Made by a program: the position numbers and the translations under genes
Notes under the pieces: generated by a model
What the model saw: only the letters and a program-made list of their open reading frames with translations
Databases searched by the model: none
Told to the model about the DNA's origin: nothing
Shown: positions 9,618 to 21,100 of the stretch, in pieces
Position numbering within the stretch: position 1 is the first letter of the stretch
Layout: each line of letters begins with the position of its first letter
Assembly: GCA_963666365.2 (NCBI GenBank)
Contig: CAXXNF010000002.1
Location: forward strand, 128,001 to 192,000
DNA: 64,000 nt
DNA from: Syntrophales bacterium
Lineage (GTDB): Bacteria; Desulfobacterota; Syntrophia; Syntrophales; UBA2210
Reading direction: 5' to 3'

Positions 9618-11042
9618 ATGAAGATGGACACAATTCTTATTGTAGACGATGAACCTTCCATGAGAGCGGCCCTTGCGGAATCGCTTGAAATCTGCGGTTA
9701 TAAAGTCGAAACGGCCCAGGATGGAGAGGATGCCCTCGAAAAATTCCGGACCAGGACCTACGGAGTTGTCATAACCGATATGAGAATGCCCCGGGTCAGC
9801 GGGATGGAAGTGCTGCGAGGGATAAAAAAGCTGTCACCCTCCACTCCCGTGATTGTCATCACCGCCTACGGTACAGTCAATACCGCCGTTGAGGCGATGC
9901 GAGCCGGCGCCTTTGATTTTATTATGAAACCCTTCTCACTGGAACACTTGGAAGAAGCGGTAAAGAGGGTCGCAGCCCGCGACGGCTCAGTGCCTCTCAG
10001 TGCAAAAGAAGAGCCGGAGAAGCATTTTACCACAGAAAAAAAGATTATTACGCAAGACAGGAGGGTGAAAACCATCCTGTCGATGATGAAAAATATCGCC
10101 GGAAGCAAGTCGAGTGTCCTCATTCAGGGGAAGAGCGGGACAGGCAAGGAATTGCTCGCCCGCTACATTCACCTTCAGGGGGAGCGGGCGGAAATGCCCT
10201 TTGTTGCAGTAAACTGTGCGGCCATACCGGGCAACCTGCTGGAGAGCGAGATGTTCGGGTACGAAAAGGGCGCCTTCACCGGGGCGGCGCAAAGAAAGCC
10301 GGGCAAGTTTGAACTGGCCCACGGAGGGACGCTGCTTCTCGATGAAATCAGCGAGATGGATCTGCAGCTCCAGGCCAAGCTGCTGCGAGTCATCCAGGAA
10401 TCGGAGGTAGACAGACTTGGAGGGAAGGAGCCCGTTCCTGTCGACGTACGGATTATTGCCACCACCAACACGGATATCAAACAGTGCGTTGCCGATAAAA
10501 AATTCAGGGATGATCTTTATTATCGTATCAACGTCATTCCCGTTACCATTCCTTCGCTTAAGGAGCGACCGGGTGACATTCCGCTTCTTGTCGATTTTTT
10601 TCTTAATAAATACAGCAGACTAAATGGCATTAACCCCCCCGATGTTTCCGATGAGGCACTCCGTTTCCTAGAACGGTATGAATGGCCCGGTAATGTGCGT
10701 GAACTGGAAAATGTGATGGAGCGTTCCGTTCTCATAAGCTGCGGTGAAACAATTATGCCGGAACATCTCTACCTCGAATGTGCCTTGGGTGATGACGGTC
10801 GGTCTGAAGTGAGCGCCGAAGGGCATGGTGAGCCCGAGATAAAAAATGGTGCGGAAGGAGCAATAAGTGCGTCGCCGGGAATGACGCTGCACGACATGGA
10901 GCGGGAGATGATTTTTGAAACCCTCAAAAAGGCGAAAGGAAACAAAACCAAGGCCTCCATGATCCTGGGAATAAGTGTGCGCACCATGAGAAACAAGTTA
11001 AACGAGTACAAGAACGAGGGACTTCCCGTTGATGATCTGTGA
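9618..11042 (+). CDS. Sigma-54-dependent response regulator, FlgR/FleR/FlrC-like
   Basis: Receiver domain (VDDE, TDMRMP), GKSGTGKE, GAFTGA, WPGNVREL and a Fis-type HTH. Confidence 0.93.
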   Translation: MKMDTILIVDDEPSMRAALAESLEICGYKVETAQDGEDALEKFRTRTYGVVITDMRMPRVSGMEVLRGIKKLSPSTPVIVITAYGTVNTAVEAMRAGAFDFIMKPFSLEHLEEAVKRVAARDGSVPLSAKEEPEKHFTTEKKIITQDRRVKTILSMMKNIAGSKSSVLIQGKSGTGKELLARYIHLQGERAEMPFVAVNCAAIPGNLLESEMFGYEKGAFTGAAQRKPGKFELAHGGTLLLDEISEMDLQLQAKLLRVIQESEVDRLGGKEPVPVDVRIIATTNTDIKQCVADKKFRDDLYYRINVIPVTIPSLKERPGDIPLLVDFFLNKYSRLNGINPPDVSDEALRFLERYEWPGNVRELENVMERSVLISCGETIMPEHLYLECALGDDGRSEVSAEGHGEPEIKNGAEGAISASPGMTLHDMEREMIFETLKKAKGNKTKASMILGISVRTMRNKLNEYKNEGLPVDDL

Positions 11043-11075
11043 GGGAAGTGGCGCTCAGCGAAAATTTCTGTATTT

Positions 11076-11092
11076 TTGGTATGAGAATTGCT
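11076..11092 (+). promoter_or_regulatory. Sigma-54 promoter of the flgB operon
   Basis: TTGGTATGAGAATTGCT (GG-N10-GC). Confidence 0.8.
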
Positions 11093-11117
11093 TTTAAAAT
11101 ATGCCAGGAGGTATCCC

Positions 11118-11471
11118 ATGGATGCACTGTTCAGCAAAACGATGGAAACGCTTTCACTGATGCTTGAGTATCATTCGGAGCGACATAAAGCCATTTCCTC
11201 GAACATCGTGAACATAGATACTTCCGGGTACCGACCCGCCGATGTGACTTTTGACAAGGAACTGGTCCTGCAAATGGCTGCGCAAAAGGGCCGTCGCGGT
11301 GCAAGCGGTACGGAAGATGGTGTATTCACGATTACCGAAGAGGAGGGTAAGGTCGATATTGATAAGGAAATGGGTAAATTGGCCGAGAACCACCTTATGT
11401 ATAATCTGAGTGCCGAGTTGCTTGCACGTAAATTCAGGGGTCTGAAGGACGTAGTGAAAGGGGTGAAGTAA
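11118..11471 (+). CDS. flgB: Flagellar basal-body rod protein FlgB
   Basis: SNIVNIDTSGY, VDIDKEM..LAEN; AGGAGG ribosome-binding site before ATG 11118. Confidence 0.93.
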   Translation: MDALFSKTMETLSLMLEYHSERHKAISSNIVNIDTSGYRPADVTFDKELVLQMAAQKGRRGASGTEDGVFTITEEEGKVDIDKEMGKLAENHLMYNLSAELLARKFRGLKDVVKGVK

Positions 11472-11472
11472 A

Positions 11473-11898
11473 ATGGACTTTTCCAATGCCTTTAAGATAT
11501 GTGCTTCGGGATTTCAGGCACAGAGAAAAAAAATTGACGTTATTGTCAATAACCTTGCCAATATTACCACCACGAGAACGCCTGAAGGGGGACCCTATAA
11601 GCGTCAGGTCGTGGTATTTGCCTCTGAACCTATTACCGATACATTCGGCGATATCCTGAATGAGTCGCTGCAGCGTGTCACCGTTGACAAGGTGGTGCGG
11701 GAAGAAAACAGTGTCAAGGTGGTGTTTGATCCCTCCCACCCCGATGCAGATGATAAGGGATTTGTTGCCATGCCCGATATCAATTCGATCACTGAGATGT
11801 CGGATATGATCATGGCAAACCGCGCCTATGAAGCTTGTGTGACCGCCTTTGACGCGACAAAAAATATGGTGCTTAAGACAATGGAAATGGGACGTTAG
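11473..11898 (+). CDS. flgC: Flagellar basal-body rod protein FlgC
   Basis: NNLANITTTR..GGPYKR, DPSHPDAD, EMSDMIMANRAYEA. Confidence 0.96.
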   Translation: MDFSNAFKICASGFQAQRKKIDVIVNNLANITTTRTPEGGPYKRQVVVFASEPITDTFGDILNESLQRVTVDKVVREENSVKVVFDPSHPDADDKGFVAMPDINSITEMSDMIMANRAYEACVTAFDATKNMVLKTMEMGR

Positions 11899-11910
11899 GA
11901 GGATAAAACG

Positions 11911-12216
11911 ATGTCTGACCTCGTAATAGGCAAAACTGCGGGAATGCCCGGTATAAAGGAAGCCGGGTCAGCAAATGAAAAAAAGGGCATTGAAAATTCG
12001 GGATTTGCAGATCTGCTCCAGCATAAAATACAGCAAATCAACACCCTTCAGGTAGAGGCTGATCAGGCAATTTCCAATGTGGTGCTTGAGGAGTCGGGAA
12101 GTGTGCATGAGGCGGTCATCGCGCTGGAAAAGGCCAGCATCTCCTTTTCAACGATGATGGAAGTACGGAACAAGATCGTCGAGGCATACCAGGAAATCAT
12201 GCGGATGCAGGTATGA
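11911..12216 (+). CDS. fliE: Hook-basal body protein FliE
   Basis: C-terminal EVRNKIVEAYQEIMRMQV. Confidence 0.96.
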   Translation: MSDLVIGKTAGMPGIKEAGSANEKKGIENSGFADLLQHKIQQINTLQVEADQAISNVVLEESGSVHEAVIALEKASISFSTMMEVRNKIVEAYQEIMRMQV

Positions 12217-12236
12217 TGAGAAGGGGGGCATAGGAA

Positions 12237-13811
12237 ATGGATTCTCTGTATCGCTCCATCCTTGCTGCGGTGCGCGGTTTCAATGCCCTTGCTCCGGCAC
12301 GGCGAATTGCACTCTGTTTCTTTGTAATACTTACCATGGGGTGTATGGCCTTCTTCGTCTACCTGATGAATCAGACCGAGTACAGTGTGCTTTTTTCCGA
12401 TCTTGTCGGTGATGATGCAAGTAAAATAGTGCTCAGACTTCAGGAAAAGAAAATACCCTATAAAGTATCCTCCTCAGGAACCACCATTATGGTTCCCACA
12501 GAGAAGGCGCCTGAACTCCGCATTGAAATGGCTGCCTCCGGGTTGACGCAGGGGGGAGGCGTAGGGTTCGAAATATTCGACAAGAAAAGTTTCGGTGCCA
12601 CCGAATTTGTGCAGAAGCTCAATTATCAGCGAGCCCTTCAGGGAGAACTGTCGAGAACCATCAGCAGTCTTGAAGAGATCACTGCCAGCAGGGTGCATAT
12701 CGCGATACCCGAACGGTCCCTCTTCGCAGAGGAGAAAAACGAACCGACCGTTTCCGTTGTCGTCAAGCTAAAGCCGGGAAGAACTCTGCAACCCGCTCAA
12801 GTGGAGGGGATCGTCAATCTGGTAGCCGCAAGTGTGGAGAATCTCTCCTCGGGTAATGTTATGGTGGTTGACGGCAGTGGAAAGATTCTCTCTCAACCAC
12901 AGGAGGAATCTGCCGTTGCCAGAATGAGCAACTCACAGATCGAATATCAGCGGAACATTGAAAAGGGGCTTGCTGGTAGAGTGCAGTCGATGCTTGAAAG
13001 GGTTGTGGGACGGGGAAAGGTGGTGGCCACCGTCGCCGCACGGCTGGACTTTCGAGAGACGGAAAAAACGGAAGAGCTCTTCGGCGCCGATGAACCGGCC
13101 CTCAGAAGCGTGCACAGGAAAACGGAGAGGGCCGGCATAGGTCCTGCAGAAGGCGAAAGCTCTGTGACGCGCACGGAACAGCGGCAGGGAGAGCGGGGAA
13201 GAACGAATCGAGAAAAATCCGATGAAATCCTGAATTACGAATTAAATCGTGTGGTAAGTAAAACCATAAAACCCGTGGGCGCCCTAGAGAAGCTTTCCGT
13301 GGCGGTGCTTGTGGATGGTCTGTATAAAAAGAATGACAAGGGGATTGAAGAATATCAGCCGAGAACGAAAAAAGAAATAGAACTTCTGGACGATCTTGTA
13401 AAAAAGGCGGTCGGCTTCGATGCGAAGCGGGGTGACCAAGTGGTGATTACAAACGTGGCGTTTCGACGTGCCGATATGGAAGAAACATTGGCGGACAACG
13501 GGTCTTTGCTGGACAAAGTCGCCCCCCTTATGTCTCTCGTCAAGGCGCCCCTGCTCTTTCTTTCGATGGCGCTGGTGCTCTTTTTTGTCCTTAGGCCCGT
13601 ACTGAAGTTGCTGCTGTCAAGGGGACACGAAGTGGATAACAGAAGGGAACAGATTATGGCGGCTGCCGGTGCGGAATTGGATGCACCCCTCCCCACCCTC
13701 AAGCTGGATGCCGCCACCTCCGAAGAGATGCCCGAGATTACTGTTGTCAGAAGCATGGCCAGCCAGGATGCCAGAACATTTTCGGAGCTGTTGAAGAATT
13801 GGCTGAACTGA
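12237..13811 (+). CDS. fliF: MS-ring protein FliF
   Basis: Two TM segments, GFEIFD, NYQRALQGELSRTI, RVHIAIP, GFDAKRGD. Confidence 0.96.
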   Translation: MDSLYRSILAAVRGFNALAPARRIALCFFVILTMGCMAFFVYLMNQTEYSVLFSDLVGDDASKIVLRLQEKKIPYKVSSSGTTIMVPTEKAPELRIEMAASGLTQGGGVGFEIFDKKSFGATEFVQKLNYQRALQGELSRTISSLEEITASRVHIAIPERSLFAEEKNEPTVSVVVKLKPGRTLQPAQVEGIVNLVAASVENLSSGNVMVVDGSGKILSQPQEESAVARMSNSQIEYQRNIEKGLAGRVQSMLERVVGRGKVVATVAARLDFRETEKTEELFGADEPALRSVHRKTERAGIGPAEGESSVTRTEQRQGERGRTNREKSDEILNYELNRVVSKTIKPVGALEKLSVAVLVDGLYKKNDKGIEEYQPRTKKEIELLDDLVKKAVGFDAKRGDQVVITNVAFRRADMEETLADNGSLLDKVAPLMSLVKAPLLFLSMALVLFFVLRPVLKLLLSRGHEVDNRREQIMAAAGAELDAPLPTLKLDAATSEEMPEITVVRSMASQDARTFSELLKNWLN

Positions 13812-13861
13812 GAACGGAGCAGGCGAATTGTGGATAATCACGCGTTAAGAATTAGGATGTA

Positions 13862-14872
13862 TTGAGTATGACCAACCAGGAAAAGGCCGCGATTATTGTA
13901 CTGTCACTTGAAGAAAGTCATGCCGTTGAGGTGTTGAAAAATTTGAGCTCCGATGAGGTGAAGCGCCTCGGGGCTTCTATGAGCCGTCTTCACAATGTGT
14001 CTCATGAGGAGGTAGAGGCAGCCGCTCGCGAATTCAGAACACTGGCGAAAGACAAGGGCAAAGGATTTCTTACCGTTCAGAATGATCAGATACAAAAAAT
14101 CATCATTAAGGCCCTGGGAGAGGAAAAGGCAAAAAAAGTACTTGATATTATAGAGGAAGAAACCTTCAGGCCCTATGCAAATCCGGTGATAGAAAAACTG
14201 AGAACCATGGATGCGAAGCTGCTGATGGATTTTACTAAGATGGAACACCCTCAGACGATTGCCCTGATCCTCGCCCATCTCAAACCGGAACAGGCATCGG
14301 AAATTCTGAGCGGTTACCCCGTGGAGAAACAGGCGGATATACTGCGGCGGATTGCCACATTGAAAAGTGTGCCGCAGGAATTTGTGGAAGAGATGACGAA
14401 AGCGCTGGAGTCGGAAATTATCGTGGGCGCCGCCGGCGAGGAACATTTCGGCGGCATTACCATGTCTGCGGAAATTCTCAATCGCATGGGGCGATCTTAC
14501 GAGGGGACGATCCTCGAGTTCATGGAAGAGAAGAATCCCGAGCTTACCATGGAAATACGCCATCATATGTTCTCCTTTGACGATGTATTTAAACTCGACG
14601 ACAAGAGTATCCGGGAAATTCTCCAGGAGGTAAGCTCGGAAGATCTGGCACGATCACTCAAGGTGGCCGATTCCGAACTCCGCGAAAAAATATTTTCCAA
14701 TATGTCGAAACGGGCGGCCGAAATGCTTATGGAAGACCTGGAAGTGATGCCGCCCACAAGGGTTTCAGAGGTTGAGCGAAGCCAGAGAAATATCATCGAT
14801 ACTGCGCGAAGGTTGGAGGCAGAGGGCAGAATCACGATTCTCAGGAGTAAGGACGAAGATGAGTTCGTCTAG
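13862..14872 (+). CDS. fliG: Motor switch protein FliG
   Basis: EKAAII, EHPQTIALIL, MFSFDD, NMSKRAA. Confidence 0.96.
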   Translation: MSMTNQEKAAIIVLSLEESHAVEVLKNLSSDEVKRLGASMSRLHNVSHEEVEAAAREFRTLAKDKGKGFLTVQNDQIQKIIIKALGEEKAKKVLDIIEEETFRPYANPVIEKLRTMDAKLLMDFTKMEHPQTIALILAHLKPEQASEILSGYPVEKQADILRRIATLKSVPQEFVEEMTKALESEIIVGAAGEEHFGGITMSAEILNRMGRSYEGTILEFMEEKNPELTMEIRHHMFSFDDVFKLDDKSIREILQEVSSEDLARSLKVADSELREKIFSNMSKRAAEMLMEDLEVMPPTRVSEVERSQRNIIDTARRLEAEGRITILRSKDEDEFV

Positions 14873-15554
14873 AAAGATAATCAAGGCCGGCGCCATCAAT
14901 GTTGTCCCTCTGGGAGAACGAGGACCCGTTTCCTTCATCAGGACCGATTATCGGCAGAATAACAGTCGACTGCGTACGAACCGGGAAAGCGCTCAGCAAT
15001 CCGTTGAGGAGCAGGCGGTTGCAAGGGAAGAAGCGGACCGGCAACGTAGTGAAGATGCCTTCAAAAAAGGACTCAATGAGGGGATGAAGCGGGGGAGCGA
15101 AGAGGCGAAGAAGGCCCTGGCGCCGGCGCTGGCGACTCTCGAAAAGGCGGCCCTAAAGATATCGGAGCTGAAAGATTCGCTCTGGAGGCAGTCTGAAGAA
15201 AGCATGGTCGATCTTGCCTTTACCATAGCGGAAAAGATTATCCGCAGGGAAGTGAGTTTTGACAGGACGATTGTGAGAGAGCTTCTGGAGGAAATACTGT
15301 CCGATTTTAAAAATAGCGAAGATGTGTTGGTACGCTTAAATCCCATGGATTATAAGGCGCTTAAGTCGGAGATTCCCGATTGCCTCGGGGACAATACCCA
15401 GAGAGTGAACCTGAGAATTGAAGAAGACCGCCGCATTGAACCGGGTGGCGCCGTCATTGAGACACCATCGCTGGTCATCGACGGGAGAATCGAGGAACAA
15501 CTTTTGTCGCTTCGAGACTCGATCGCTCTTTATTGCGGGCGTGGAGACCGATGA
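14859..15554 (+). CDS. fliH: Flagellar export protein FliH
   Basis: GxxxG repeats, VRLNPMD, GGAVIET..IDG; lies between fliG and fliI. Start at ATG 14859. Confidence 0.9.
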   Translation: MSSSRKIIKAGAINVVPLGERGPVSFIRTDYRQNNSRLRTNRESAQQSVEEQAVAREEADRQRSEDAFKKGLNEGMKRGSEEAKKALAPALATLEKAALKISELKDSLWRQSEESMVDLAFTIAEKIIRREVSFDRTIVRELLEEILSDFKNSEDVLVRLNPMDYKALKSEIPDCLGDNTQRVNLRIEEDRRIEPGGAVIETPSLVIDGRIEEQLLSLRDSIALYCGRGDR

Positions 15555-16864
15555 GCATCGATTTAACGAAATATCATCGCATATTCGATGAGGTGGAAAC
15601 TCCCCGCTCCTATGGAAAGATCTGTGATGTGAAAGGGCTTCTGGTGGAGGGGTATGACCCGGGGACGACAATGGGGGAAATCTGCCGTATTTTCGGGGGA
15701 GAAGGCAGCGAACCCATGGACGGAGAGGTGGTGGGATTTCGCCAGGGGAAGGTTCTGATGATGCCGGTGGATCACCTCTACGGCATTGCCCCGGGCTGTA
15801 AATTTCTGCCACTGGGCAAATCGGCCGACGTTCCCGTGTGCAAGGGACTCCTGGGGAGGGTTATCGATGGCCTCGGCCATCCCATCGACGATAAAGGACC
15901 TATCCCCTTCGACAGTCGATACCCCATCTACGCCGACTCCATCAATCCCCTTCGGAGAGGGCGCATTCAGGCGCCCATGGATCTGGGGATACGGGCGATC
16001 AACGGGTTGCTTTCCTGTGGCAAGGGCCAGCGAATGGGTATATTTTCCGGATCAGGCGTGGGAAAGAGCTTTCTTCTGGGGATGATGGCGCGCAATACCG
16101 AGGCGGATGTAAACGTAATAGGGCTCATCGGGGAGAGAGGAAGGGAAGTAAGAGAATTTATTGAGAAAAACCTCGAGGAGGAGGGTCTGGCAAAATCGGT
16201 GATTGTGGTGGCGACTTCTGATACCCCCCCCCTCATACGGATGCGGGCTGCCTATGCGGCGACATCCATAGCGGAATACTTCAGGGATCAGGGCTTCGAC
16301 GTGCTTATGATGATCGATTCCCTTACACGGTTTGCAATGGCACAGCGGGAGGTCGGACTTTCTCTCGGCGAACCTCCCACCACAAAAGGATACACACCGT
16401 CAGTCTTCAGTCTTCTTCCGAAACTGCTCGAGAGAACGGGAAACCTGGAGGGGGGAGGGAGTATTACCGGACTTTACACGGTATTGGTTGAAGGTGATGA
16501 TTTCAATGAACCGATCGCCGATGCCGCACGGTCCATACTGGATGGTCATATTGTACTGTCGAGAGAGCTTGCGGCGCAAAATCACTATCCGGCGATTGAT
16601 GTTCTGGAGAGTATCAGCCGAGTCATGACAGATATAGTCGATGGAGAACACCGGAAGAAGGCAAGCGAAGTCATGGATATTCTGGCTACCTACCGCAAGG
16701 TGGAGGATCTGATCAACATCGGCGCCTATGTAAAGGGAAGCAACGACCGAATAGATCACGCCATTGCCACGATTGACAGAATTCACATATTTTTAAAGCA
16801 GGACATGCATGAAAAGGTGAGTTTTCAGGAAACAAAGGACTATCTGCTGTCACTGTTTCGTTGA
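15551..16864 (+). CDS. fliI: Flagellar export ATPase FliI
   Basis: GSGVGKS, IGERGREV, DSLTRFAMAQRE, ILDGHIVL. Confidence 0.97.
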   Translation: MSIDLTKYHRIFDEVETPRSYGKICDVKGLLVEGYDPGTTMGEICRIFGGEGSEPMDGEVVGFRQGKVLMMPVDHLYGIAPGCKFLPLGKSADVPVCKGLLGRVIDGLGHPIDDKGPIPFDSRYPIYADSINPLRRGRIQAPMDLGIRAINGLLSCGKGQRMGIFSGSGVGKSFLLGMMARNTEADVNVIGLIGERGREVREFIEKNLEEEGLAKSVIVVATSDTPPLIRMRAAYAATSIAEYFRDQGFDVLMMIDSLTRFAMAQREVGLSLGEPPTTKGYTPSVFSLLPKLLERTGNLEGGGSITGLYTVLVEGDDFNEPIADAARSILDGHIVLSRELAAQNHYPAIDVLESISRVMTDIVDGEHRKKASEVMDILATYRKVEDLINIGAYVKGSNDRIDHAIATIDRIHIFLKQDMHEKVSFQETKDYLLSLFR

Positions 16865-16879
16865 GAGATTGGTAGGGAA

Positions 16880-17338
16880 ATGTTTCGATTTTCATTGCAG
16901 GCACTCTTGGATTACCGCGCACATGTTGAGGAAGAAATGCTGCTCGAACTTGCCGAGACTAAAAGAAATCTTGCCCGTGAAAGAGATCGTCTCACCTGTC
17001 TTCAAAATGAAGAGCAGCGTGCGATTTTCGACCTGGAGGTCAGAGAGCCGAAGCACGCCTCTGTTGTCTGCGCCCAGCTTACCCATGTGACGTTGCTTCA
17101 CGACAGGATCAAGGCACAGCAACAGGCGATCAATGCGGGGATTGAGGGGGTTGTCGAATGTCAGAGGAAGGTGCTTGAGGCCGTAAAACAAAAGAAGATG
17201 CTTGAAATACTGAAAGAGAGGCAGCTCAGAAAATATGAGGGAGAACTTGAGCGGCGAAGCGGCAAAGAGATGGATGAACTGAGTATAATGAAGACACAAA
17301 AGGTTGAAGATCATGAAAAAATTGATCCTGCTATGTGA
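16880..17338 (+). CDS. fliJ: Flagellar export protein FliJ
   Basis: [10 protein letters not shown], coiled coil, KEMDE near the C-terminus; follows fliI. Confidence 0.88.
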   Translation: MFRFSLQALLDYRAHVEEEMLLELAETKRNLARERDRLTCLQNEEQRAIFDLEVREPKHASVVCAQLTHVTLLHDRIKAQQQAINAGIEGVVECQRKVLEAVKQKKMLEILKERQLRKYEGELERRSGKEMDELSIMKTQKVEDHEKIDPAM

Positions 17339-17918
17339 GATTTTCGTTGTTGCGGCACTGATTGTAAAGATTATAACCTTTGGGAGTCTTGTCGGTAAGA
17401 TGGACAGCGACGAAGGATATTACGAGGTGAAAGATGCAGTGGCGGGGGCGTTGGAGACGAATCAGAGGCGCCCCTATCTGAAGGATGCCGTGGCAGACCC
17501 GCTTGCAAAGGAAAGAGAACTTCTGACACTTCTCATTAAGAAACGGATGGAGCTTACCGAACGGGAAGGGCTGATTGCGGAGGAAGAGAAAAAACTGACT
17601 TCTCTGAAAGTCGAGATCATTGCGCACATTGAAGCACTCACTGTAATGAAAGAGGAAATTACCACTCTGATTAAATCAGCACAGATGGTTGATGATAAAC
17701 AATACCGAGATCTTGCGAAGGTATATGAAGCCACTCCCCCCGATCAGGCCGGAGCGATGCTCACGCGGCTCGACAAGAAGACGGCAGCGGCAATCATTAT
17801 GCGAATGAAAAGTAAAAGCGCCGGTCAGGTATGGGGTCATATCGATCCTGCCACGGCAGCGGAAATTACAAAAGAGATCACAAGATTCTCTCCACCATCC
17901 GATGAAATAACTCAATAA
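17313..17918 (+). CDS. MotE/FlbB/YlxF-like membrane-anchored coiled-coil protein (MgtE_N-like C-terminal domain)
   Basis: N-terminal TM, coiled coil, LAKVYEA.PP.QA..ML...AAAII.RMK.K.AG; lies between fliJ and fliK. Confidence 0.75.
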   Translation: MKKLILLCEIFVVAALIVKIITFGSLVGKMDSDEGYYEVKDAVAGALETNQRRPYLKDAVADPLAKERELLTLLIKKRMELTEREGLIAEEEKKLTSLKVEIIAHIEALTVMKEEITTLIKSAQMVDDKQYRDLAKVYEATPPDQAGAMLTRLDKKTAAAIIMRMKSKSAGQVWGHIDPATAAEITKEITRFSPPSDEITQ

Positions 17919-17981
17919 CACTTCCTCTTCCCTGAAGCCTTGCGAAAAGGGGTGGAGGAATGACCCTGTCGCGTTACAACA

Positions 17982-18025
17982 GGCACTTTTTTCACGTACA
18001 CATCTTAAAGAGGCAATATTTGCCT
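17982..18025. promoter_or_regulatory. Candidate enhancer (UAS) for a sigma-54 activator
   Basis: Palindrome AGGCAA-tat-TTGCCT (18011-18025) with a weaker copy GGCACTTTTTTCA 30 bp upstream, about 100 bp before the predicted start site. Confidence 0.5.
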
Positions 18026-18096
18026 TTTTGAGATGTATTTTTTGGTGGACCAGTTGTAATCATCCGATAATATTAGAGATAAAATTTGTTTTCAGC

Positions 18097-18113
18097 CTGG
18101 CACGGCTTTTGCC
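18097..18113 (+). promoter_or_regulatory. Sigma-54 promoter of fliK-flgD-flgE
   Basis: CTGGCACGGCTTTTGC matches the TGGCAC-N5-TTGC consensus. Confidence 0.9.
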
Positions 18114-18151
18114 TTAACTGATGGAGACTCTTACAGAAAGGTAGCAAAGGC

Positions 18152-21100
18152 GTGACGTTCCCATTGTTTTCTCACAGTTTGACTCAGGACGCGACAGTGA
18201 TGAAGAACCCGAAACCGGGAAATGCTCCTGCTGCTTTGACAGCGCTGTCTTTTGCCTGTGACGGGGGACTGGGAGAGGATTTCCATGATATACTGAAGGA
18301 ACAATGCGCCACTATCCGGAAGGGGATGCCGGGCGATTCCCGATGGCGAGAATGCCGGGAAGTCACCGTGCCCCGAGATGCTGACGGCACACATTGCCTG
18401 CCGGGGATGAAATCACCGTTACGGAACGAACAATTGCCCATCCCCGATTCGGAAAAGATCGGCGTCCTGCCGTCAAAAGCTCATCCTAATGAGCCGTTAA
18501 ACAGGATGGACAGGGGCATGGTGCTCAATGCGGTGCGTGCGGCACTTCATGCCACCCGGCCGGTAAAAAATACCGCAGCGTCTTTTTCAGAGGATAGACC
18601 CTTCGCTCTGCTGCGTACGTTGATGAGGGGGAGCGGCGATGACGAAAGCGCCGCCGGCGCCCTGGCGGATAGAACGGGAAGTGCGCAGCCCTCAGTTTCT
18701 GCGTCTGCCGTCGAGACCGCTGCGCCGGATAGGACCCCTGGCGCCGATCATGATCGGGCCGAGGCGGTGATGGGCGCTCTGCTCACCGGTCTTCCGGGGA
18801 ACTGCCTCCTGTCAGGCAGGCTGGCGGCGGCCACGGAGATCGTCAGTGACGCGGGAGGCACGCCTCCCCCGAGCTTAGCCCTGGGGGATAGAATGGGAAG
18901 TGCGCAGTCCTCTGCTTCTGTACCTGTCGTCGAGACCGCTGCGCCGGATAGGGCCGTTGGCAACAGTAAAGGTCAGGCCGAGGCGGCGATAGGCGCTCTG
19001 CTCACCGGCCTTCTGGGGAACTACCTCCTGTCGGGCAGGGCGGCGGCAACGGAGACCGTCAGTGACGGGGGAGGCGCGCCTCCCCCGAGCCTTGCGCTGG
19101 CGGATAGAACAGGAAGTGCGCAGCCCTCAGTTTCTGCGCCTTCCGTCGAGACCTCTGCGCCGGATAGGGCCGTTGGCAACAGTAAAGGTCAGGCCGAGAT
19201 GGCGATAGGCGCTCTACTCACCGGCCTTCCGAGGAACTACCTCCTGTCGGTCGGGGCGGCGGCAACGGAGACCGTCAGTGACGGGGGAGGCGCGCCTCCC
19301 CCGAGCCTTGCGCTGGCGGATAGAACGGGAAGTGCGCAGCCCTCAGTTTCTGCGCCTTCCGTTGAGACCTCTGCGCCGGATAGGGCCGTTGGCAACAGTA
19401 AAGGTCAGGCCGAGATGGCGATAGGCGCTCTGCTCACCGGCCTTCTGGGGAACTACCTCCTGTCGGGCAGGGCGGCGGCAACGGAGACCGTCAGTGACGG
19501 GGAAGGCGCGCCTCCCCCGAGCCTTGCGCTGGCGGATAGAGCGGGAAGTGCGCAGCCCTCAGTTTCTGCGCCTTCCGTTGAGACCTCTGCGCCGGATAGG
19601 GCCGTTGGCAACAGTAAAGGTCAGGCCGAGGCGGCGATAGGCGCTCTGCTCACCGGCCTTCTGGGGAACTACCTCCTGTCGGGCAGGGCGGCGGCAACGG
19701 AGACCGTCAGTGACGGGGGAGGCGCGCCTCCCCCGAGCCTTGCGCTGGCGGATAGAACAGGAAATGCGCAGCCTTTAGTTTCTGCGCCTTCCGTCGAGAC
19801 CTCTGCGCCGGATAGGGCCGTTGGCAACAGTAAAGGTCAGGCCGAGGCGGCGAGAGGCGCTCTGCTTACCGGTCTTGGCGTCATGGCGCCTGTTTCGAAA
19901 GAATTGCCCTTAGAACTCTCTCGAATACTGGAGATTGTTGGACGTACTCTGTCTCCTGAAGCTGTGTCTGCTGACCCGCAAGGGGCCGTTTCAGGGGCAA
20001 TGAAAGAAGCAGTTTTTCACTACTTCAAGGGGCAAGGGGCCGGTTTCGGTAATAATCAGGCGGCAATGCAATTCGGCGGCGGGACAATGCAGGAATCAGT
20101 ATATGCTCCGGCGATGGGAAACATCATGAAAGAAGGACCTTTTACGAAACCGGGAACAACGAACCCGGGCGGTAAGGTCTTTCTCGGTGCAGACAGCGGA
20201 GTGAGTGTGCAGGATGAAAGGAAAGGCATGCTGCAGGCTGTCGTTGATGAAGCGTCGCGCAGGCAGGAAAGGGATGGTGCGATGCCGAAGGAGGGAAGCA
20301 CCCGCCTGCGTTCAACTGGTGTGCCCGCAGCCGGTTCAAATGAGAATGAACAGATACTGACGCGTTACCGCAATGAACAGACGTCACCGGCCGGGAGCGA
20401 TCCCGGGAGGCTGTCCTTGGGTGCGTCCTGGGAAAGGACGAGAGTCTACAGAGTGTCCTCGGACGCCTTGCCAGGGCAACAGGCTGAAGCAACCGAATCC
20501 GTGCGGATGAAGGGCGTCCCGGGATATGGCGCGATCGTTTCAAAGGAGAAGGGTGTTGCGATGCATGCCCGTCAAGACGTGAAAAAGAAGAGCCCGGGCA
20601 AGGGAGGTCTGAGCGATACACCGCAGTCTCCCCCTACATTCATTTCCGGAGAGGTGGGCAAAGAGGCGCATAAAACAGATCGAAATGGGCAATCATTGCT
20701 GCGCGATGTGAGGAAGTTCCGGCTCATCGATCGCAATGCCTCTGAAAGGCCTGCACAAGGCAATTCACCCGACGTGGAAAAGGAAGCGCTGCGGCAGCAG
20801 CCGGAAAGCGGGAGGCAGGTTTTACCTTCCCTTTCAGGGGGAGAAGAACCGGCCGGCATGAAACGCTTCGATGTTGAGTTGCAGGAGCGTGCTCTGTCTC
20901 AGAAAGAGGCAGTGTCGACCAATCAGTCACAGCCCACAGTCCGTCATGCCCAGGCAGTTGACTCCTTCCCCGGTACAGAAATGAGGGCGCCCGCTGACGA
21001 CAGACCCGTAAAAACGGAAATGCTGGTTGAACGGGTGCTTGCCGCTGTGTCAAATCCGGCCAAAGGAGGAGTGAATCGAGTAAAAATCGCGCTCAATCCC

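Noticed and set aside
18659..19876. Repeat array as a CRISPR or mobile element
   Set aside because: The units are contiguous 216-bp in-frame coding repeats with no unique spacers, and no cas or transposase genes are present.
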